Positions 50,204 to 62,139 of a stretch of DNA of 64,000 bases are shown one piece after another. The stretch is from Cyanophora paradoxa CCMP329 (lineage: Eukaryota > Plantae > Glaucophyta). Both the position numbers and the translations under genes were made by a program. The notes under the pieces are model-generated. The model worked only from the letters and a program-made list of their open reading frames with translations. It was not told the DNA's origin and searched no databases. The first letter of the stretch is position 1. The number at the start of each line of letters is the position of its first letter. The stretch covers positions 11,187-75,186 of the forward strand of contig QPMI01000332.1 of assembly GCA_004431415.1 (NCBI GenBank). The letters run 5' to 3'.

Positions 50204-52374
50204 TCAGGTGTGCTTGCGGCTGCGGATGACCATCGTGGCGAGCAAGAGGCCGAAGGCGTAGCAGATGGGGAGGACGACGAGGGCGAAGCGGTACTCCCGC
50301 ACCTGCGCCGGCGTCGGCCGCAGCCCCCTGCGCGGCGGGGCGGGGCCGGCGCACGCCGTAGGTGGGGATGGGCCGGTGGATGTCGCTCAGGTGGCTCCAC
50401 CGGAGCTTGAGGAGGAGGCCGATGAGGGGCTGCATGCGGGGCGGCATGGGCGGGCGGGCGGGCGTGGCGCGGGGGCGGTGGTGGACCTGGAGGACGCCGC
50501 CGCCCATGACGCAGAAGAGGTTGTTGAAGGCGAGGGCGGTGCCGATGTGCTCGGGGTCGTTCTTCTCCTCGATGATCGACGCCGCGATCGACGGCGACGT
50601 CGCCGCCACTGTTCCCCGCCCCGCCCCGCTCGCCCCCCGCCGCGCCCCGGGGCGGGGCGGGGCGGGGCGGACCGCCGAAGAGGAAGAGGAAGGGGCAGGC
50701 GACGGAGAGGGGCAGGGCGACGACGTAGACGAGGACGCTGGTGGAGAGGAGCCCGAGGGCCGAGGAGGCGATGAGGAACGGGCGCCGCTTCCCCAGCCGG
50801 TCGGAGAGGGCCCCCAGGCACGGGCTCCCCAGCGCCACCCCGACCCAGACGATGCCGACGTAGCCGGCGGCGACGGGCGTCGCCACGCGGTGCTGCACCG
50901 CCAGGAACGGCACCATCCACCTCCCCGCGCGAGTCAGCCCGCCCGGCAGGGCGGGGCTCAGCGGGGCGGGGCGCGGCGGGCGCACAGGGCGGCGGCGCCG
51001 GCGACGGGCCCCCAGGAGGTGAAGGTGTGGAGGGCGAGGGCCCAGTTCTGGGGCTCTCGGGTGACCTCCAGGAGGCGGCTGAGCTCCTCGCGCGTGTTGC
51101 GCGCCCGCGCCGCCTCCGCCTGCTGGCCCTCCAGCCGCGCCACGCCGGGCTCCCGCCCCGGGGGGAAGTCGCGGATGAGGAGGGCGAGGGCGAGGGCGAG
51201 GAGGAAGCCGGCGCAGCTGACGGCCATCATCGAGGCGCGCCAGCCGTACGCCGCCACCTGCGGGCCCCGTCGGAGGCGGGCGGCCGTGGGGCGGGGCGGG
51301 GGCGCACGGCGAGGCCGAAGGGCGCCCCCGCGATGATGGCCCCCAGGCTGCAGAAGCACGAGACGATGCCGGCCACCGACGCGAAGTGCTTCTGCGGGAG
51401 CCAGCGCGACGCCAGCACCATCGTCCCCGCTGCCCGCACGTCACACACCGAGCGGCGGGGCCGGGGACGGGCCCCCAGAGGTACGCACTGTAGGAGTGCG
51501 CTCCCCCGACCCCGATCAGGAGCCTCCCTGTGAGCCGCCGATCATGGGCGCGGGTCGCAGCCCGGCAAGAGCAGGCGGCGAGCAGGCGGCGCACCGAGGC
51601 CGATGTGGAAGGGCGTGTCTGCGATAGCGAAAACAACCCCGCCGATGGTGCAGATCGTGCACATCACGGGCAGTACTTTCCGAGGCCCTGCCGCAGCGAC
51701 CCGCGTCACGCACGAGGCCCGCGTCACGCGCGACGGCGATTTAGAGGCCAGCGCTGGCCCGTCGCACCGAAGATGTCTGCCCGCGGTTGGGGGGTTAGTC
51801 GCGAAAAGCGAGAATACGTCAAAACTAGAAGGTGGCACCGTGGGCGAGCCCGGCGGGGATCTGACAAGCAGCGTAACTAAAGAAAAACTGCGCGAGGGGT
51901 GTGAGGGTAGCGGAAGGGGCGGGGCGGGCAAGACGGACGAAGCCGAGGACGCTCCCGAGGCCAGCGCCGTCAATGTGAAGGTCGGCCATCAGCTCGTTTG
52001 TCATGACGCCCTGCGCACCCCGCCCATGGTAAGTTTAGACAATGAATTGCGCGTACGCGGACGTACGGGGGCAATCTGAACGCGGCGTCGAGGGCGGTGC
52101 GAAAGCGCAAAGTGCGTCATCAGAAGCCGGTCCAGCCGTGCACCAAACGCGGGGGCGGACCTGCAGAATGTACTCGAAGAGGAAGAACATCGCTGCGCGT
52201 CAAACATGAGCATGTTCCTAGAGATGCGGTTCACATGCTCGACGCATGCGCACCGGCCAGCGCGACCGTGCACACCGCACGGAACTCGATATGCTGGATG
52301 CGCTCATGCTTGAGCAGGGGCGTCAGGAGGGGAGAGCGCTCGTCGGCGCTGCAGCTGGGCACGCCGTGCGCCAT
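50204..52374 (-). CDS. MFS transporter, Pht-like, with N-terminal ERSPLL dileucine motif
   Basis: MFFLFEYILQ|IAP..VMTNELMADLHIDGAGLG...YAACQIPAG...GPRKVL...GRLLIGVG...ASRWLPQKHFA...GALSDRLGKRRP. Confidence 0.85.
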
Positions 52375-52658
52375 TCAAGCTTGCGTAGTCCTCGGCACTT
52401 ACGATCAGAATCGGGGTTGGACTCCTCGTCTGCCCTCTCCAGTGCGCTCCGCCTCTTCCCAAGCGCTGGCTCGCTGATCGTCACGTGCTCACTCACAGCA
52501 ACTTAGATCGGGCGGGGCGCCCTGCAGTTGCTTCGGGGCGTCAACTGGCTGGGCGTCGGCACTGTTGGGTTACGCCTCGGAATCACCTACCCCTGAAATC
52601 GCAGCTTGTGCACCAGGCCTCAGCCAGTGACCAGCCTGCCAGCCTCGAACGCTCAGAG

Positions 52659-54348
52659 ATGGCAAGGCAGCGGCAGCGGCGTGGCGCGTCGCCGGTGAGG
52701 CCGTCCGAGAAGTCGAATGCCGCTGGCGAGCCCCCACAGCCGCTGTCAGTGACGAAGCGCATCGCTTTCGGAGCGCTGGCGGGACTCTTGGCCGCGGCGT
52801 TGGTGTCGCGCTACTGGTCGGCGGCGCCGCCGCCGCTCGTGCCGGCGGGACCGATGCTGCGGAACTTTGAGCTCGACATGGAGGCCTGGAACGCGAGCTA
52901 CATCCTCTCGTACGGGAAGACTCTGCTGGACCCGAACGTACGGACCGGAAGCTCTAGCTCGAAAGCGGAGGCGGAACTCTAGCCTGCACACCAACGCGCG
53001 CCCGCAGACGACGCGCTTTGGCGGCTCAGGAATGGTCCTCGCATATGTGACGCCCTGGCACACGCACGGATTCGACCTTGCATTCTTGTTCAGGAAGAAG
53101 CTGACGCACGTCTCGCCGGTGAGCGGGCCCCGTCGCCCGCTTGGCCCCGCCGGAGCCATATGCATGCGGCGGCAGGTGTGGATGCAGATCAAGCAGAAGC
53201 GGCCGCGGACGGACCCGCGGGCGGTCCACATTACGGGCCACCACGAAGTACATGCCGACTGGCTCAAGGCCATGCGCGGCGACGGCACAGGCCCCAAGGT
53301 GCGTGGGTCGGCGGCAGTCTGGGTGGCTGCGCTGGGGAAGAGGCGACCCGTCTGACGAATGGGCGCAGGTGGTGCCGCGCTTCATGTTCGGTGCGGGGCG
53401 CGGGGCGGCGGCGAGGGGCGGGGCCTGAGGGGCGGCCGGCCGGCAGATGGCATCCCGCCGGAAGTTATGGTGGTGATATTGCAGGACGAGCGCACCCGGC
53501 GCGAGATCGTCGCCGGCGTCGCCGCTGCCTGCGAGCGCCACGGCTTCGACGGCGCCGTCATCGAAGGTCGGCCCCCGCCCCGGGCGCCCCGCCCCCGCCC
53601 CGGCGCCCGGCGACCCCCCGGGCAGTGTTCAACTCGATGACGGCGGCGCACATGGGGGCGGCACGGGGCCCCGTCGAGACGTTCCTGGAGGAGCTGGGGG
53701 CGGCGCTGCGGGGGGCGGGGCGGCAGCTGGGCCTCGTGGTGCCGCCGGAGCCGTCGATGTTCGGGGCCGGGGAGCTGGCGCGGCTCGCGGGGCACGTCGA
53801 CTACTTCTCGCTGATGACGTACGACTACGCGCCGAGCGCCCAGGAGGCCGGCTTCAACGCCCCGCTCCCCTGGGTCCGCGCCGCCGTCGAGGTAAGAGAC
53901 GGGCCTCGCGGCTTGCTCCAGACGCTGCGCAGTCGTCTGATCGTGCGCGTCCAGGCGCTCGCCCCCGAGGCCGGCCCCGCCCGCCACCAGCTCCTCACCG
54001 GCATCCCCTTCTACGGGTCCCCGCCCCCCCGCCCCTGCAGGGCGCGTGGGGCGGGGCTGAGGCCGGGGCGCGGGGGCCGGCAGGTACGAGTACAGCGAGG
54101 CGGGGGCGGGCCCGGTGGTGGCCCACGAGTTCCTGTCCCGCGTGCAGCAGCACCGGCCCGAGTTCCGCTGGGACGAGCGCGCCTCGGAGCACGCCGGGCA
54201 GTTCAAGGCGGCGGGCAAGCCGCACCTGCTCTTCTACCCGTCGCCGCGGTTCGTGCGGGAGCGGGTGGAGCTGGCGCGGGAGCTCGGCACGGGCCTCTCC
54301 ATCTGGGAGCTCGGCCAGGGCCTCGAGTGCTTCTTCGACTACCTCTAG
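52659..54348 (+). CDS. CHID1: Chitinase-domain-containing protein 1 (GH18-like)
   Basis: VLAYVTPW..HGFD..FRKKLTHVSP|VW, FDGAVIE, FSLMTYDY, LLTGIPFYG, GLSIWELGQGL..FFDYL. Confidence 0.92.
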
Positions 54349-54394
54349 ACCCCGCCGCCCCCACGCCCCCTCCCCGCTCCCCCTTGAGAAGTTC

Positions 54395-56270
54395 CTACTT
54401 CAAACTATTGCCTCCGAGGCTCCGCTGCCTGCAGCTGTCCCCGCTGCGGGGCTCACGGGGGGGCGGGGCGGGGCTCGTGTGGCGGGGGCGGGCTGGAGGG
54501 GGGGTGGTGCGGGGGCGGGGCGGGCGGGGAGGGGCGGGGGCAGGGGCGGGGCAGAGGAGCTCGATGCGGCGGAGGACGGCGGCGTGGAGGGCGTCGAGGG
54601 TCCCCTGCAGGTCGTGCGGCCGCACCTCCACCACCGCCGCCCCCGGCCCCCTCCCCGCGCTCCCCACCAGGTACTCCTGCACCCCCCGCAGGCACCCGAA
54701 CGACGCCTCGCTCGCCCCCCCGCCCCACGCCCCCGCCGCGCTGTCCAGCAGGATCCTGCCCCCACGTCACGCCCGCACTGCCGGTCGGGGCGGGGCGGGC
54801 GGGGGCGGGCGCGCCTGTGCTCCTCCTCGGGGAGCGTGAGGACGAAAGGGATGACGATGCCCCGCGGCGCCCCGTCCCCGCGCCCCTCCCCCCGCCCCGA
54901 GCCGCCGGGGCGCGGCGCCTCGGCGGGCGCCGGCGGGGGCGGGCCGGGGCGGGGGCGGAGGCGGCGAGGGCGGGGCGGGGTCGGGGCGGGGTCGGGGTCG
55001 GGGAGGAGGGCGGGGACGAGGCGCGCCACCCGCGAGAGCAGCCGCCGCACCCCCTCCAGCGGCGGCCACGGCCCGCCCTCCCCGCCCCCATCCCCGCCCC
55101 CCTCCTCCCCGGCCCCCGCTGCCCCCGCCGGCTGCGAAGCTGGCTGTGGGGCCGACTGCGGGGCCGGCTGGGGCGGAGAGGCGGGGCCGGGGGGGGGCGG
55201 GGGCGGGAGGTAGAGGGCGGGGTCGATGTGGAAGCCCTCAATGATGAGGGCCTTGCCCTCCTTCAGCGACTTGCGGATGTCGCCCTCCACCCCCGTCCGC
55301 ACCACCTGCCGCCCCGTCGGCCCGGCGCTCGCGCGCGGGGCGGGGCGGGGGGCGGGGCGGGCCCTGCACTCGCGGCGGTACTCCTCCAGCATCGCCTCCT
55401 GCGACTCGAAGGCGCGCTCCCAGAGCGGCTGCGGGCGGAACTGCCTGCGCGCGCCCCGCTCGCCCCGGCGCCGGCCGGCGAGGGCGGGGCGGGGCCTACG
55501 GGACGACAGCGGAGATGAGCTCGTAGACCATGTCGGTGTTGAGCACGTTGGGGAGGTTCAGGCGCTCCGCGAGCGCCATCGCCAGCGTCGACTTGCCCAG
55601 GCAGCCCGTCCCCGCCAGCAGCACGATCAGCGGCACGCGCTGGTGGTGGAACCTGCCCCCCGCGCTCAGCTCAGCCCTGTTGGGGCCCCGGCGGCGCCGG
55701 AGCGCACGCAGTCATCATGCGGAAGCGGCGGATGAACTCGGCGCCGTAGCCCTGCTGCTGCATCACGTCGAACAGGTGCTTCTCGAAGTCCTCCTGGTTC
55801 ACGTCCAGCTTCCCAAGGTCCACCAGCATCTTCTTCAGCTTCAGCGAGATCCTGATCGCGTCCTCGTGCCGTATCTGCCATCCCCTCACCTGTCAGCCAG
55901 GCGGTTGCTGCCGCTCCGAACGGCGCACCATCGTCACCGACAGCATGCGGCTGAGCAGAAACCGCGAAAGGACGTAGTAATGACCCTCCTCGAGGTGCAC
56001 ACGCACCTTGACGTAGTCATACTGCGCGCGGAGGGTCACTGGCGCGACTCGGCTCGGCGACGGTCGGCCTCCCGCCGCGCCGCGCGTACGTGCAGCGGCG
56101 CGCAGCACAGTGTAGCGTGCATAGCCGGCAGCGCTCCGCGGCCTCACCTTGCTGGCGCCTGCCTTCACGCTGAAGCTCTCCAGAGGTCCGGCGCGCTCGT
56201 ACTTGGGCGGCTTGGTTGCGCTCGGCGCCGGCGGCCCCGGTGCCGGCGGCCCCGGCGCCTCCGCGTGCAT
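54395..56270 (-). CDS. 2-phosphoglycerate kinase-like P-loop NTPase (plant type)
   Basis: SK|YDYVKVRV..HYYVLSRFLLSRML, RFHHQRVPLIVLLAGTGCLGKST, LPNVLNTDMVYEL, IIEGFHIDP. Confidence 0.85.
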
Positions 56271-56381
56271 CTTCGTGGCTCTAGCTGTTCCAAGCGTAAT
56301 CGCTCCTCCGTGCGTACCCCCCTGGCTTCTCCCCTCCCCCTTCGACTTCCGCCTGCTTGCTCCCCGGCGTGCACTGGCGCC

Positions 56382-58827
56382 ATGAGCGCGTCCGTTCCAC
56401 CTGGAGGGGGTGGCCCGCCTGGAGGCGGCGGTGTGCCTTCGCGCTCCGGTCTCCTGGCGTTCCAGCAGCAATTGCAGGCCGCCTTCACGCATCTGCGGCC
56501 CGAGGAGATGCGGGCCTTCTTCACAACCGGCTTCGCCAACATCGATTCGCAAGTGCGCCCACGTCCGCCGCCCGTCCCGCCAAGCCTGCTCCGCGCCGCT
56601 CGGGCCGCGGCTAGCAGCGCTGCATTGGGTGATAGACTCCAAATGCGGGATGGCGCGCGGTCGCTCGTGCCTCTTGCCGCGCCGGACGGCCGCGGGCCGC
56701 CGCTTCGGCCACCGGCGCTCGCTGACATCACGCGCCCTGCTTGCCGCAGATGAAAGAGAAGCTCGGGAAGCCTCTGCAGGAGTTCGTGGGAAAGCCGCTG
56801 CAGGAATTCGTCGGGAAGCCGCTCCAGCAGGTCGGCGGCCAGATCCAGGCCGGCATCCAGCAGGGCGTCGACAAGATCCTGGAGAACGAGCAAGTGAAGA
56901 AGATCAGGAAGCGGCTGCCGCCGCGGGCGGTGTTCGCGATCCACCTGGGGACGACCTGCGCCTTCGCCTTAACGGTATGGGTGGCGAAAGCCCTCCTCCG
57001 TCCATGCATTGAAAACCCTACTGTTCCTGACCTGCCGATCCAGGTCCTGATCGCCTTCGCGGTTACCCTCAACTATTTCAAGAGGGTCAGAAGTCTCAAT
57101 TTGTAGACCTCCCTCAGATAGACCTTGGGGGCTTGAGATAGTCCCCAAGGGCGACATGTCTTGTCTTTGGCGATATTATTACGGGAGAGCGAGCTGACTG
57201 TGAATCTGTTGCGGTGCAGACTCAAGACATTCATGCTGTCTCCTACCCGGCGGCGAGCGGCAACTCGACCTTCTCCATCTACCTCAACGTCCAAACGATC
57301 AACCCAGACACGCAGCGCATCACCCTGGCCCGCCCCGGCCCCCGCCCCCCTTCCTCCTCCGCCTCTCACCCCGCTCCTCACCCGCGCAGGAGGGCGAGAT
57401 CTTCAACTACGACCCCAGGATCATAGACGGCAGAAGGAGAGTTCGAAAAGCGTTCGTCATTCGGATATTCGGCGGTGCGGGGGGCGGCGTGGCGGGGCGG
57501 GGCGGCGGGGAGCTGAGGGCGGGGCGCAGGGAACACGATCGTGATCAACTACGGGAAGAACACGCTGCTGACGACCTTCGGGGTGAACCTGCGCCTCCTC
57601 AACGGCTCCAACACCGACTACCCCTTCGACAACTACGCCTCGCTGATGACGCTCCAGGCGCGGCGGGGGCGGCGGGGGCGGCGGGGGCGCGGGGCGGGGG
57701 GCGGGGCGGGGGCCGACGCGGGGCGCAGGTGGACATCACGGACGGGAGCTGGGAGGGCGGGCGCGCCGACTTCAACCTCGTGCTCGAGAGCCGCCTCGTC
57801 AACGGCTTCAAGGCCGTCTTCCCCGACCCCGCCGACCCCGGCCGCCTCCTCCGCTCCCTCCCCGGCGCCAAGTCCGTCCACATGTCCGTCCGCCGCACCG
57901 GTCCGCTCCCGCCCCGCCCCGCCGCGCCGGGCCTGCGCCGTGGGGCGGGGGGCGAGCGGGGCGCAGGGATCTTCATCATGTACCCGATCTTCATCATCTG
58001 CGGGATGTGGGCGGTGTCGATCGTGGCGTTCACGCTGGCGGCGCGCGTCGCCATCTACCGCAACCGCAAGGCCGAGCTCCCCATGCTCATCGTCTACTCC
58101 GGCATGACCTTCGCGCTGCCGATGTTCCGCAACTCGGCGCCCCTGGCGCCGCCCATCGGGTGCCTGATGGACTTCGCCTCGTTCTTCTGGACGGAGATCA
58201 TCACCATCACCTCCTTCATCATGATCTTCTCCACCTTCATCCTCCAGAAGGTGCCCCGCCCCCAGCCCCCGCCGCCCCCAAGCCCCCGCTCATCCCTCCC
58301 TCCACCCCCCTCAGTCCGGGCCCCCGGCCGTCGCCCCCGCCGCCCCCAAGCCCCCGCCGCCCACCCCCGACATCCCCCTCCTCCCCCTCCTTGCGGCCGC
58401 AGCCGTCGCCTCCGCCTCCGCCTCCTCACCTGTCCCAGCCCGGGGCGACAAGCCGGCCGCCCGAGGCGAGGGGCACGAGCCGCCCGGCGGCGGGGGGCGG
58501 CCCATGGCGCAGGCTGGGGCGGGGCGGGGCCGGGGCGGGGCGGGGCACGGGGGGGCCCACGAGGAGGAGCCGCAGGACCGGGACCAGGACGTCGAGGGTG
58601 CGCGTCCGCGCCCCGCGCCCCGCCCCGCGTCGCCATCGCCCTCACGCGCCCCAGGCTCCTGCCTCTACGGCGACGACGAGAAGGCCACCGCATTTGGCGG
58701 GCACGCCCACCACCCGGCGCCGCATGCCGCCCCGCCCCGCCGCCCCGCCCCGCCCGCCCCGCCCCGCCCCGCCGGCTCCCGCTGCCGCGGGAACGCTGCC
58801 GGGCCGGCTGACAACCCGTTCATCTAG
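56382..58827 (+). CDS. DUF4436-family membrane protein
   Basis: YPFDNY and FALPMFRNSAPLAPPIG.LMDF.SFFW motifs. 24 bp repeat GKPLQEFV x3 near the N-terminus. Confidence 0.75.
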
Positions 58828-58846
58828 AAGTTTACTCGAACCGCAT

Positions 58847-59935
58847 CTACTGCATTTCTGTGGGTTCTTCGAGGGGGGAGCCCCAGCGGCCGGCGCCGAA
58901 GGCGATGTGGGGAGGGGGCGGCGGTTGCGGGGCCCTGGGGGCGGCGGGGTAGCCGATGGCGACGACGGCCATGGGCTCGGCGTCGTGGGGGATGCCGGCC
59001 GCCCGGCGGAGGGCGCCCTCCTCGAAGCCCGCCATCTGCCCGCCCGCGTGAGCACGGCCCGGCCGCGGCGGGGGCGGGGCCGGGGCTGGGGCGCGCCTGG
59101 AGGGAGGCGAGGCCGAGGGAGGCTGCGCGCAGCTCGAGCGCCATCGCCGCCGCCCCCGCGTCGTACCCTGCGCCCCCGCCACCCGCCTCGAGCCCCCACC
59201 GAGCCGCCCCGCGTGGCTCGGCGGGGCGGGGCGCACGGCGCCACTCGTTGGGCTGCCCGACGGGCCCCGAGTGGAGGAAGTTCTTGCAGGCGCACACAGC
59301 GACGAGCGCCGAGGCGTTCTTCACGTTCTCCTGATTCTTCGGCATCAGGCTCGCCAGCATGCCCTCCCAGCCCTCCCCGCCCTGCGCCAGCCGACGTCAA
59401 CGTCATCGCGCCTCGCGCCTGCGCATGCGAGCACTGGCGCGTGCTGTGCGACGCACATTGAGAGCGACAACAAACCGAAATGGCTGCTCGTTGTATGCGG
59501 AGGGCGCCAACTGGCCTGCCTTCAGACAGCTCAAGATCTGATCGGCCGTCGCCGTCCGGCTCGCGTCGAAGCCCCTGCGGGCGAGCGATCTCAGTGAGGT
59601 CTCGCAGAAACGCGTTCGATGAGCGCCTAACGAGCTCCCGCAGGCTGACGCTTCCGGTGAACGCTGCGACGAGTCGCGGCGCACCGGCACGAGAATCGCC
59701 GGTCCAGGGCCTCCCGCACCGGCACATCGTCGCCGGATGCTCGTACCAGCAGCGCGTCACTCGGCGCAAACGTGCGGTGCGGCCTCGGGCTGCTCGGACA
59801 GCGCGACGTCGGCGTCGAACGGGCTGCTGCAGCTGGAGCTGCGCCATCGCGATCGCAGCGCCTGACCGGGTGAGCGGTGAGCGTCCAGCGCTGGACGCGC
59901 GGTGCGGAGCCGGCGCCAGCGGGCACGAAGGCCAT
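58847..59935 (-). CDS. Nitroreductase-family protein with MAFV plastid presequence
   Basis: [39 protein letters not shown]...VVAIGYP. Confidence 0.88.
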
Positions 59936-60108
59936 GGCGGCGTCAGTTGGTGCGTCAAAGCGTTCGCCCTCGTACCCGGTCCTTGCCCCCTCCCCACCCC
60001 CCGCCTCCTTCCCCCCCCAGAAAGACAGCGCCGAGAGAAAGGAAAGAAGTGCAATATTACAGGGGGAGGCGGGCTGGGGGGGCCGGCGCGGGGTGGGGAG
60101 CCAGGGGG

Positions 60109-62047
60109 CTACCGGGAGAAGGCGACCTTGATGCCTGCGGCGTCGGCCTTGGCCTGGATGTCGGCGAGGGCGACGGAGAGCTGCGCCGCCTTGTCCAGGT
60201 CCGACTCGGTCACCAGCGGCACGCTGCTCTTCCCGATCATCTCCCGCGCCGCCTCCACGTTCGTCCCTGCGCCCCCCAGTTGGCCGCCGCCGGCGGGGGC
60301 GGGGGCGGGGGCGGGGGCGGGCCCTGGAGGCGGACGACGATGGGGATGCGCATCTTGACCTGGGAGGCGGCCTCGATGATCCCCTGCGCGATGATGTCGC
60401 ACCGCATGATGCCCCCGAAGATCTGCCGGCCCCCGCCCCGCCCCGCCGCGTCGGCGGCTGCGGGGCGGGGCGGGGCGGGGCGGGCACGTTGACGAGGATG
60501 GCCTGGACGCGGGGGTCGGCGTTGAGGATCTTGAAGGCCTCGGTCACCTGCTTCGCGTTCGCGCCGCCCCCGACGTCGAGGAAGTTCGCCGGGCTCCCGC
60601 CGTAGAGCTTGATGATGTCCATCGTCGCCATCGCGAGGCCGGCCCCGTTGACGAGGCACCCGATGTTGCCGTCCAGGCCGATGTAGTTGAGGTCGAATTC
60701 GGCGGCCTGCACCTCGCGGGCGTCCTCCTGCGAGGTGTCCCGCCGCGCGAAGACCTCCTTCTGCCGGAAGCCGGCGTTGTCGTCGAAGTTCAGCTTCGCG
60801 TCCACACACAGTACTGCCCCCCGCGCGTCAGCCCCCGCGTTCGGCCCCTGCGTCCAGGGGCGGGCGGGGGGCACCGTCGCCGGTGGGCGTCTCAGCGAAC
60901 GGGTTGATCTCCACCAGCGTCGCGTCCGACTGCGCGCCGCCTCGACGCCCGCGGGGGCGGCGCGGGGCGGGGCGGGGGCGGGGCGGACCTTGATGAAGAG
61001 GGCGTAGAGCTTCTCGATCTGCTCCTGGGCGGCGGGGACGCAGGCGGCGCTGAAACCCATGGCCTTGGCGAGGCGCAGCGTCTGCTCCTTCGACGGGCCC
61101 TTCGTGATGTCCACCGGCTCCTGCGCCCCGCCGCCCCGCTCGCCCCGGACCCGCCCGCCGCCGCCCGCAGCGCGTGGCGCGTACGGTGAAGATGAGGTGC
61201 GGGGTGGCCGCCGCGACGCCTCGATGTCCACGCCGCCGCGCGGCTGCCGGCGCCTCAGGGCGGCGGGGCGGCGGGGCGGGGGCCGCGCCTGCCGACGAGG
61301 ACGGGCCCGCCGTGCTTGCGGTCCATGAGGATCGCGAAGTAGGACTCCTTGCGCAGGTAGACGCGCTCCGTGACGTACACCTTGTTGCACGGCCGCCCCT
61401 CCGCCCCCGTCTGCTTCGTCACCAGCCGCTGGCCCAGCATCTTCGACGCGATCTCCCTCGCGTCCTTCGCCCTGCGCCGCCCCGCGTCGGCCACGCCGCC
61501 CCTCGCCCCGCCCCCTCCGCCCCCCGCACTCCGTGCAGATGTGGACGCCGCCCTGGAAGCCGTTGGTGAACTTGCCGAGGCCACGCCCGCCGGCCAGCAC
61601 TTGCGCCTTCACGACCACGTCCTGCACGTCTGCGTACGCGTCCGCGGTCGCCGTCGGGCCGTGTGGGGCAGATTGCGTGGGGCGCACTGAGCTCTTTGGC
61701 CGCCTTCTCCGCTCCTCGGCGTCTTCGCGACCTGGCCCTTCGGCACTTTGATGCCGAAATCCCGCATGAGCTCCTGGCTCTCGTGCTCGTGCAGGTTCAG
61801 CCGGCGGACGGCCTGCATGTTGAGGCCGCCGGCGGGGCGCAGGGACTGCGAGAAAGCATACGGAAAGGACCGGGACGTCAGCGTACTCCCGATACCGGTC
61901 GCGAGCCCGGCTTTGGCGCCACGGGATCCCCGGGCGGCGTCTCTTACGCCATTCGGCCCGCCAACCCGCTATGGCGCCCGTCGTCCGCGGAGGGTCGAGC
62001 CGGATCGCAAGACGCACCCGTGCCGCACGTCCGAGGGCGGAGAACAT
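60109..62047 (-). CDS. Mitochondrial succinyl-CoA ligase beta subunit
   Basis: [56 protein letters not shown]|[14 protein letters not shown]|GTN. Confidence 0.96.
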
Positions 62048-62139
62048 GGCTGCGGCGGGCGGCGGATTGCGAAAGTCTAGTCGGGGGTAGAGCTTCCTCC
62101 GGTTTGGCTGGGGTACCGGCAGAGCTTCTCTCTGCGGCG

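Noticed and set aside
57120-57160. TPP riboswitch suggested by GGG..TGAGA..CCC
   Set aside because: The downstream CCTGA...GCG..GG half is missing.
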